Of a stretch of 64,000 nt of DNA, positions 1 to 8,300 are shown one piece after another. Below the pieces are notes generated by a model that made no database searches, was not told the DNA's origin, and saw only the letters and a program-made list of their open reading frames with translations. The stretch is taken from assembly GCA_003009755.1 (NCBI GenBank), contig PXUB01000043.1:16646-80645 (forward strand), read 5' to 3'. A program made the translations under genes and the position numbers. This stretch comes from Thermoplasmatales archaeon SW_10_69_26 (GTDB lineage: Archaea > Thermoplasmatota > SW-10-69-26). Within the stretch, counting starts at the first letter, position 1, and every line of letters begins with the position of its first letter.

Positions 1-1000
1 CCGCGACGTGCCGATCAACTTCATCTACGTCAACTGCGAAGTCGTGGACACGCAGTACCGGGCGCTCACCCACATCACGAACCATCTCGTGAACGACTGG
101 GACGAGCGGGTCCCCTTCACCGGATGGCCGACCGACGAGGTGTACGCCAAGCTCCGCGAGCGCCTGGAGGCTTCCGAGGGGGTCACGATCATCGTCCTCG
201 ACGAGGTCGACAACCTCGTCTTCAAGGACGGCGACGGTCTCCTGTACAACCTCTGCCGCGTGAACGAGGACATGGAGGAAGCCAAGGTCAGCCTCATCGG
301 CATCTCCAACGACCTCCGGTTCACCGACTTCCTGGACCCCCGCGTGCGGTCCTCCTTGGGGGAAGAGGAGATCGTCTTCCCGCCCTACAACGCCGACCAG
401 CTGCGCGACATCCTGCAACAGCGCGCCGACATCGGCTTCCACGATGCCAAGCTCGACGACGACGTCATCCCGCTGTGCGCCGCCTTCGCCGCCCAAGAGC
501 ACGGGGACGCCCGCCGCGCGCTCGACCTGCTGCGCGTGGCCGGCGAGCTCACCGAACGCGAGGACTCCGAGCGCACGACCCAGGACCACGTCCGCAAGGC
601 CCAGAACAAGATCGAGCTCGACCGCATCACGGAGGTCGTCCGCACCCTTCCGATGCAGAGCAAGGTCCTGTTGCTGGCGATCCTCCTCGGCGAGGAGAAC
701 AACTCCAGCGAGACCGACCGCCAGGCGCTCATCACCGGCGAGGTCTACGACATCTACGAGGAGCTGTGCCAGGCGGCCGACATCGACGTCCTCACCCAGC
801 GCCGCATCACCGACCTGATCAGCGAGCTGGACATGCTGGGCCTGATCAACGCCCAGGTCAAATCCAAGGGACGCTACGGACGCACCAAGGAGATCCAGAT
901 GAGCGTCCCGCTCGACGGCACCAAGTCCGTGCTCCGCGAGGACCCCACCATCGACGAGATCGCGGACTACAACCCGAACCGCCAGGCCCGCCTGATCTGA
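1..1000 (+). CDS. cdc6: Cdc6/Orc1 replication initiator (5'-truncated by window edge)
   Basis: Walker B IIVLDEVD, 'LDPRVRSSL..EEIVFPPYNADQL', 'HGDARRALDLLR' and C-terminal winged helix 'SELDMLGLI..GRYGRT'; frame is open from the window start. Confidence 0.95.
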   Translation, partial: RDVPINFIYVNCEVVDTQYRALTHITNHLVNDWDERVPFTGWPTDEVYAKLRERLEASEGVTIIVLDEVDNLVFKDGDGLLYNLCRVNEDMEEAKVSLIGISNDLRFTDFLDPRVRSSLGEEEIVFPPYNADQLRDILQQRADIGFHDAKLDDDVIPLCAAFAAQEHGDARRALDLLRVAGELTEREDSERTTQDHVRKAQNKIELDRITEVVRTLPMQSKVLLLAILLGEENNSSETDRQALITGEVYDIYEELCQAADIDVLTQRRITDLISELDMLGLINAQVKSKGRYGRTKEIQMSVPLDGTKSVLREDPTIDEIADYNPNRQARLI

Positions 1001-1059
1001 ACCGTGGGCACCGAGGCCCGCCCGCCGGGGCCACCCCCCGGTGGGTCACGGCCGCGGGT

Positions 1060-1068
1060 TTCTTAAGC
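1060..1068 (+). promoter_or_regulatory. TATA-like box (TTAA) of a probably leaderless transcript
   Basis: TTAA at 1063-1066, 26 nt before GTG 1089; same spacing at rtcB (TTAA 10755, GTG 10781). Confidence 0.5.
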
Positions 1069-1088
1069 CGTCACGACAACCGTCCCGC

Positions 1089-2096
1089 GTGGGCGGTCTC
1101 CGCGACTACGTCTACATCGCGCTCGCCGTCGTCGCCGTCTTCGGCGTGCTGTTCGCCGTCACCGGCAGCTGGCCCCCGGTCCTGACGGTGCAGTCGAACT
1201 CGATGATGCACGTCAACGAGACCGAATACCGCGCCGGCCAGGGGCACGCCCGGGCCGAGGACGTCGGCTTCGGTCGCACCGGGACGATCGACCCCGGAGA
1301 CCTCGTGCTCGTCGAAAGCGTCGACGACCCCGAGGACATCGAGACCTTCGCCGGCAGCGACGACACCCGCTATGGCGACGACGGCGACGCGCTCGTCTTC
1401 CAGCGCACCGGCTCCGGCACCGACCTCACCATCGTGCACCGAGCGATGACCTACGTCGAGGCCGAAGGCGAGGGCGACAACCGGACCTACACCGTCGAAT
1501 GGACCGAGGAATGGCTGCTCCCGCCCGAGGAGCTGGCCACGTGCAGCCGCGAGCCGTCCTTCAGGTGCACGTTCGACGAACGCGGTGTGTTCATCCCCGA
1601 GATCGGCGTGTTCGAGTGCCCGCAAAGCGGCCCGCCGTCGCGGGGCGGCCTCGGCGAGTCACGGTGCGAGAACCCCACGCCCAAGCCGTTCCTGGGCTCG
1701 GGGTTCCTGACGAAAGGTGACAACGAGGCCACGAACCCCGGCGCCGATCAGGCGCCCACCCGTCGGGGCGAGACGGCCCTGAACCCCCAACCGGTCGTCA
1801 TGGAGCAGATCCGAGGCGTGGCGCGCGGCGAGCTGCCGGCGCTCGGTGTCTGGAAGGTCGCCTTCTCCGGCACCCAGATCCACAACGCCGAGGTCCAGAA
1901 CCACGACTACTTCCTGCGCATCGGCAACATGGTCGCCCCCGCCGACGTCTGGGCCCTGGCCTTCGGCGAGCTCGTTGCGATCAGCGCCTCACCGATCGCG
2001 ACCACGATCGGCCGCCAGCTGTGGGAGGGTCGAGACGAGGAGCGGGTCCCGGAGCTGTCCGTGCTCCGCCGCGCCGCCGAGGGCAAGGAAACGTAG
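1089..2096 (+). CDS. S26 family signal peptidase I (archaeal type), paralog 1
   Basis: N-terminal TM, 'WPPVLTVQSNSMMH' (catalytic Ser), 'GTIDPGDLVLV', 'IVHRAM' (His), 'FLTKGDN'; GTG 1089 chosen from TATA spacing. Confidence 0.85.
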   Translation: MGGLRDYVYIALAVVAVFGVLFAVTGSWPPVLTVQSNSMMHVNETEYRAGQGHARAEDVGFGRTGTIDPGDLVLVESVDDPEDIETFAGSDDTRYGDDGDALVFQRTGSGTDLTIVHRAMTYVEAEGEGDNRTYTVEWTEEWLLPPEELATCSREPSFRCTFDERGVFIPEIGVFECPQSGPPSRGGLGESRCENPTPKPFLGSGFLTKGDNEATNPGADQAPTRRGETALNPQPVVMEQIRGVARGELPALGVWKVAFSGTQIHNAEVQNHDYFLRIGNMVAPADVWALAFGELVAISASPIATTIGRQLWEGRDEERVPELSVLRRAAEGKET

Positions 2097-2138
2097 ACCG
2101 CCGTCGGGGGATCTTGGGCAGCTTGGAACGTTCCCACG

Positions 2139-2322
2139 CCAGCGGCTTACCAATGCGTTATCGCGTCTGGAAGTTCCGTGGGCCCGGGGCTTCTTGATGT
2201 CGCGTCATCGGCTTGTGGAACGTCATCGCGTTCGGGGGGCTTCGCGGATACCGCGGCCCCCTTTTTGATGGAACGTTCCTGCTTGACTGCGTCTGCACGG
2301 ATACCGCGGGACGGAAAGTTTC
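2139..2322 (-). repeat. Dispersed ~123-bp repeat family, copy A, with one extra tail unit
   Basis: Reverse complement GAAACTTTCCG..GCGGTATCCG..GGAACGTTCCATCAAAAAGGGGGCCGCGGTATCCGCGAAGCCCCCC..GCCGATGAC matches the copies at 10346, 10469 and 33315-33437. Confidence 0.7.
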
Positions 2323-2365
2323 GAGGGCAACCGTTTTCAGTCTGGTCAGCCTCGCCTGGGCTACG

Positions 2366-3388
2366 ATGAGCGACGGGGACAGCCTGGCCCGCGACTTGCT
2401 CGTAGCGGCGGCGGTCGTGGGCGGCATCATCCTGGCCCTCGTCCTCTACACGGGCAACTGGCCACCGCCGGTCGTCGTCGAGTCCAACTCGATGATGCAC
2501 GTCGACGAGGCCGAGTACGAGGGCAACGTCGGCGACACTCGCGCCGAGGACGTCCCCTTCGGCCGAGCCGGTACCATCGATCCCGGCGACCTCGTCCTCG
2601 TCAAGCAGTTCGACACGGTCGAGTCGATCTCCACCTACGCCGACGAGGAGGAGTCACGCTACGGGAGCGTAGGCGAGGTCGTCGTCTACTTCCCCGGTGG
2701 CGACCAGCGACGGACGCCGATCATCCACCGGGCCATGACCTACGTGCAGGTCGACGACACCTCGGAGGGCCCGCGGACCTACGAGGTCCGCTGGCACAGC
2801 GACTGGGACCGCAACGTCGGGTGCGACAGCCCCGACGACAACGAGTGCGTCCAACCGGGCGAGTGCTCGGAGAACGGCCGCGGGCGCCTCACCTGCACGT
2901 TCGAGCACGGGTTCCGCCTGCCGGCGTTGCTTCGCAAAGGCGGCTCGCACGTCTACCAGCCGAGCAACTCCGGATTCATCACGCAGGGCGACAACGTCGC
3001 GGGCAACCAAGCCCCCGACCAGGCCACGCCGGCCTTCGACCGCGGCCCGGTCGAGGGCGAGTGGATCAAGGGCGTGGCGCGCGGCGAGCTGCCATGGTTC
3101 GGCCTGATCAAGCTCGCCGTCACCGGCGAGCCGGGGAACACGGTCGGCGTCCGCGACCATCCGTACTATGCCACGATCGGCTTCATGACGGCGGCCCAGG
3201 ACCTGTGGGTCATGCTCGTCGTGGGGCTCGGCGTCGTCGCCTTCGCCCCCGTCGGCGTCGACTACGGGATCCACCTCGTCCGCCGGCGGCTGTCCACCGA
3301 CCGTCGACCACCACCGGGAACCCGGGAGACGACGGCTCCCCCCGAGGAAGAGGCCGCTGGCGACGAGGTCCGCATCGACCTCGAGTAG
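2366..3388 (+). CDS. S26 family signal peptidase I (archaeal type), paralog 2
   Basis: 'WPPPVVVESNSMMH', 'GTIDPGDLVLV', 'PIIHRAM', 'FITQGDN', 'GVARGELPWFGLIKL'; clear paralog of 1089-2096. Confidence 0.88.
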   Translation: MSDGDSLARDLLVAAAVVGGIILALVLYTGNWPPPVVVESNSMMHVDEAEYEGNVGDTRAEDVPFGRAGTIDPGDLVLVKQFDTVESISTYADEEESRYGSVGEVVVYFPGGDQRRTPIIHRAMTYVQVDDTSEGPRTYEVRWHSDWDRNVGCDSPDDNECVQPGECSENGRGRLTCTFEHGFRLPALLRKGGSHVYQPSNSGFITQGDNVAGNQAPDQATPAFDRGPVEGEWIKGVARGELPWFGLIKLAVTGEPGNTVGVRDHPYYATIGFMTAAQDLWVMLVVGLGVVAFAPVGVDYGIHLVRRRLSTDRRPPPGTRETTAPPEEEAAGDEVRIDLE

Positions 3389-3517
3389 CCCGCGTTCACT
3401 GGGGTGGGGGCGCAGGCTTTTTCCTCCCGAGCCGCATCCCGCCTCGCGGGCCCGACCTCGACGTCACCGGCCACCGCTGGCGGCCGGGTCGCCCCCACGG
3501 GGCAAGAGGGGAGTGGG

Positions 3518-5356
3518 ATGGACCAGGAAACGATCGTCAAGTTCCTATCGGAGCGCGGAACCCTCGTCCAGCCCGAGGCTCTCGACTACCTCTCGCAGCT
3601 GTCGGAACCGATGGACCGGCTCGAGGAGGGCCTGGGCCGCGGCCACGAGGTCCCCTTCGTCCTCACCGTCGACCACGTCCGCCGGATGCTCGACGGGGCC
3701 GACGAGGAACCGGCCGAACCCGACCGCCTACCCGAACCCGACGTCCGGGAGGCCCAACCCCCCCAAAGCGAGACCGAGAGCCCGCCCTCGCCCTCGACGG
3801 GGGAGCCCGAGGACGACGCCGGGCCCGTCCGCGGGGACCCGCTCGGCCGCTCGCCCGAGCCCGACACCGGGACGCAGCCGGACCCACCCAGCGGTGGCCC
3901 TCCCCGCCCGGACCCGCCGGACGAGCAACCCAGCCAGGCCGAGACGCGGACGAACGGCGGCACCGCGAGCCCGCAGGTCCCCGAGAACCCGCCGAGGGCG
4001 GACCCCGCCACCAGCGACTCCTCGGCCCAGACCGAACGCCAGGTCGCCCAGGCCGCCGCCGAGCAGGTCAAAGTCGAGCTCGACATCACCGGCGAGAGCA
4101 CCTGCGAGGGCACGATCGACGACTTCACGAAGCTCTTCCGCGACCGCTACAACAAGATGCGCAGCCTGCTGCGCAAGCGCCGCGACGTGCGCAGCGCCGT
4201 GCGCATCGGCGACCTCGACAAGGGCGGCCAGGAGAAAGCCGTCATCGGGCTCGTCGACGACGTGAAGACGACGAAGAACGGCCACCGCATCCTCACGCTC
4301 GAGGACGACACCGGCCAACTCGTCGCCCTCGCCCAGAAGGACGAGCAACGCCTGCTCGAGCTCTCCGACCGCCTGCTGCTCGACGAGGTCGTCGGCGTCA
4401 CCGGCGAGCTCGTCCGCGGCCGCCGAGGCGACGACCTGTTCATCGTCGAGGAGATCGTCCGCCCCGACGTTCGCATGGACCGCGATCCCAGCGGCGGCGG
4501 CCCCGGCTCGGTCGTGTTCGCCTCCGACGTCCACCTGGGCGCGGACACGTTCATGCGCGACGGCTGGGACACCTTCATCGACTGGCTGGCCGACCGCGTC
4601 GCCACCCGGCCCGGCGAGGACGGCGTCCGCTACCTCGTCGTGCCTGGCGACCTCGTCGAAGGTGTCGGTGTCTACCCCGGGCAAGAGGAGATCCTGCGCA
4701 TCGAAGACATCTACGACCAGTACGCCGCGGCCGCCAAGACGCTCGAGCGGTTGCCCGACGATCTGCACATCATCGTGCAGCCGGGCAACCACGACGCCGT
4801 CCGCCCGGCCGAACCCCAGCCCGCGCTACCCGAGCAGATCCAGGACCTGTTCGGCCCGAACGTCGACTTCGTCGCCAACCCCTGCCGGCTGTCGATCACC
4901 GGCGTCGAGACGCTGCTGTACCACGGCGTCTCCCTGTTCGACTACTTCGAGGCCCTGTCCAACTGCGATCTCACGAAACCGGTGGAAACGATGGAGGAGA
5001 TGCTGCGCCGCCGCCACCTGTGCCCGCCCTTCGGCGGTGAGACCCCGCTGGCCCCCGAACACGAGGACCACCTCGTCATCGACCCCGTGCCCGACATCTT
5101 CGTCACCGGGCACGTGCACGCCGCCCGCACCGGCGAGTACCGGGGCTCGCGACTCGTCAACGCCGCCACCTGGCAAGCCCAGACCGACTTCCAACGCATG
5201 CGCGGCTTCGATCCCGACCCCTGCCGCGCCTTCGAGGTCGACCTCGAGACGCTCGGCGTCACCACCTGGAAGTTCGACCACGCCGAGGGTACCGGCGAGG
5301 CCAAGCCCGTGACCGAGGACGTCTCCCGCGAGAAGCTCGGGGCGGTGAACGGATGA
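3518..5356 (+). CDS. polB: DNA polymerase D small (proofreading) subunit DP1 (polD1)
   Basis: OB fold plus calcineurin-like phosphoesterase motifs SDVHLG, GDLVEG, PGNHD, YHG, RRHLCP, GHVH; overlaps the DP2 start (ATGA). Confidence 0.95.
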   Translation: MDQETIVKFLSERGTLVQPEALDYLSQLSEPMDRLEEGLGRGHEVPFVLTVDHVRRMLDGADEEPAEPDRLPEPDVREAQPPQSETESPPSPSTGEPEDDAGPVRGDPLGRSPEPDTGTQPDPPSGGPPRPDPPDEQPSQAETRTNGGTASPQVPENPPRADPATSDSSAQTERQVAQAAAEQVKVELDITGESTCEGTIDDFTKLFRDRYNKMRSLLRKRRDVRSAVRIGDLDKGGQEKAVIGLVDDVKTTKNGHRILTLEDDTGQLVALAQKDEQRLLELSDRLLLDEVVGVTGELVRGRRGDDLFIVEEIVRPDVRMDRDPSGGGPGSVVFASDVHLGADTFMRDGWDTFIDWLADRVATRPGEDGVRYLVVPGDLVEGVGVYPGQEEILRIEDIYDQYAAAAKTLERLPDDLHIIVQPGNHDAVRPAEPQPALPEQIQDLFGPNVDFVANPCRLSITGVETLLYHGVSLFDYFEALSNCDLTKPVETMEEMLRRRHLCPPFGGETPLAPEHEDHLVIDPVPDIFVTGHVHAARTGEYRGSRLVNAATWQAQTDFQRMRGFDPDPCRAFEVDLETLGVTTWKFDHAEGTGEAKPVTEDVSREKLGAVNG

Positions 5357-8300
5357 CCTCCGGCTACTTCGACTCCCAGACCACCACGCCCTCGATCGAT
5401 CCCGAGGATCTCGACGAGCACCGCATCGAGACCGACGGGGTGGACGTCCACGCCGAGAACCTCGGCGCCCAGCGCGCCTACTTCGAGCGCATCACCGAGG
5501 AGGCCCATCGCTCCTTCGACATCGCCAAGCAAGCCCGCCGGCGCGGGTTCGATCCCGAGCTCGAACCCGAGATCCCTTTCGCCGAGGACCTGGCCTCCCG
5601 CGTGGAGGCCCTCGTCGGCCCCGAGGGCGTCGCCGAGCGGATTCGCGAGCTCGCCGACGAGTACGACCGCGAGAACCTCGCCCTCACGATCAGCAAGGAG
5701 ATCGCCGAGGAGCGCTTCGGCGAGCACGAGGGTCCCGAAAGCGCCCTCGACCAAGCCATCCGCACCGGGCTGGCGATCCTCACCGAGGGCATCCTCGTCG
5801 CCCCGCTGGAGGGCGTCGCCGAGGTCAGGGTCCGCGAGAACAACGACGGCACCCAGTACGCGGACGTCTACTTCGCCGGCCCGATCCGCGCCGCCGGCGG
5901 AACCGGGCAAGCCCTCAGCGTGCTCATCGCCGACGTCGTCCGCCGCGAGCTCGGGCTCGGCGCCTGGCAGGCCACCGAGGCCGAGGTCGAGCGGATGAAA
6001 GAGGAGGTCCCCGCCTACAAGCGGGCCCAGGGCCTCCAGTACACGCCTCCGCCCGAGGAGATCGAGGCCATCATCGCCAACCTCCCCGTCGGCGTCAACG
6101 GCGAGGGCACCGAATCCGAGGAGGTCTCCGGCTACCGCGATCTGCCCCGGGTCGAGACCAACCAGCTGCGCGGGGGCGCCTGCCTCGTCGTGGCCGAAGG
6201 CCTGACCCTCAAAGCCCCGAAGATCCTCAAGCACGTGGACCACCTCGGCCTCGAGGGCTGGGGCTTCCTCGACCAGCTCGTCGGCGGGGGCGACGACGAG
6301 GGCGACGCGGGCGAGGACGACACGACCGAGATCAAGCCCGTCGAGACGTTCATCAAGGAGCTCACCGCCGGCCGCCCGGTGTTCAGCCACCCGATGGCGA
6401 CCGGCGGCTTCCGCCTGCGCTACGGCCGCGTGCGCAACGCCGGTCTCGCCGCGACCGCCGTCCACCCCGCCCTCACCGTGCTCGTGGACGATTTCCTCGC
6501 CGTCGGCACCCAGCTCAAGGTCGAACGCCCCGGCAAGGGCACGATCGTGACGCCCTGCGACGAGGTCGAACCCCCGATCGTGCGCCTCACCGACGGCACC
6601 GTCCGGGAGGTCGACAGCGTCGAGGAGGCCCGCGAGCTCGGCATCACGGTCGACAAGATCCTCGACCTGGGCGAGATGCTGGTGCCCTACGGCGAGTTCC
6701 TCGAGAACAACAAGCCGCTGCCCCGGAGCGCCTGGTGCTCGGAGTGGTGGACCAAGCTCCTCGAGGACCAGGGCGAGGACGTGCCCGAGATCCGCGACGC
6801 CCAGCCCGCGCTGGCCTTCGCCGTCGCCGAAGACACCGGCACCCCGCTGCATCCGCGCTTCACGCTGATGTGGCACGACGTCGACCGCGAGGCGATCGTC
6901 ACCCTCGTCGACGCCATGGACGAGGCCCGCCTCGAGGCCGGCCGCCTCGTGCTGCCCCGCGAGGAGGACGTCAAGCACACCCTTGAGGCCTTGGGCGCCA
7001 CGCACGAGGTCACCGGGGACGACGAGCTCCGCCTGGACCCCCGCTGCTCGGTGCCCGTCCTCCGCGGCGCCGGCTACCGCGTCGACGAGGACCAGCTCGT
7101 CCGCGCCGAGGAACCGCCCGCCGACCTCGAGGACCCCCAGGCGTTGGCCGAGCACCTCTCCGGCGTCCCCCTGGAACGCAAGGCGCCCTGCCGCATCGGC
7201 GCCCGCATGGGCCGACCCGAGAAGGCCGCCGAGCGCGAGATGAGCCCGCTCGTCCACGGCCTGTTCCCGATCGGCAACGCCGGCGGCCTGCAACGCAAGA
7301 TCGGCGACGCTGCCAACAAGGGCACGATCGGGTCCACCGGCGACGAAGCCTTCGACACGATCGACGTCGGCCAACGCGAGTGCTCGAACTGCGAGATCGA
7401 GACGCTCAAGCTCGACTGCCCCGAGTGCGGCGGCCGCACCCGCCCCACCGACGCCGAGTGGCCCGAGCCCGCCGAGATCGAGCTCGGCGACCTCGTGGAC
7501 GAGGCCCTCGACCGGCTGGAGCTCAACCGGCTGCCGGACCCGGTCAAGGGCGTGCAGGGCCTCACCAGCCAGAGGAAGCTGCCCGAACCGATCGAGAAGG
7601 CCATCTTGCGCGCCGAGCACGACGTCAGCGCGTTCAAGGACGGCACCTGCCGCCACGACATGACCGACCTGCCCCTCACCGAGTTCCGCCCCGCCGAGAT
7701 CGGCACCCCTGTCGAGAAGCTGCACGAGCTCGGCTACACCCACGACGTCCGCGGCGACGAGCTCACCGACCCCGACCAGCTCGTCGATCTGCACGTTCAG
7801 GACGTCGTCGTCAACGAGGGCGCGCTGGAGTACATGGCGCGCGTTGCCGACTTCGTCGACGACCTGTTGACCCGCCTCTACGGGATCGAGGCCTTCTACG
7901 ACCTCGACGACCCCGAGGACCTGGTCGGGCACCTCGCCGTCGGCCTCGCCCCGCACACCAGCGGCGGCGTCCTGTGCCGCATCATCGGCACCACGAAGGC
8001 CGCTGGCCACTTCGGCCACCCCTTCTTCCACGCCGCCAAGCGGCGGAACTGCTTCACAGGTGACACCGAACTCCTCGTCTACGACGACGGCGAGGCTCGC
8101 AAAACCCGCCTCGACGAGCTCGTGGACCCCGCCGTCGAGGACAGGGGCCGTCCGATCGACGCCCACGGCACCGAGGCCGCCGAGCCCGACGACGAGCTCG
8201 CGGTCCTCTCGCTGGACCCCGACACCGGCCAACCCACCCGCCACCCGGTGACCAAGCTCATCCGCGGCCGCACCCAGGAGTGGGTCGAGATCGAGACCAC

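Noticed and set aside
2097-2365. Replication origin (ORB boxes) near cdc6
   Set aside because: TGGAAC and G-string motifs are present but do not match the ORB consensus and belong to a repeat found elsewhere; the region upstream of cdc6 is outside the window.
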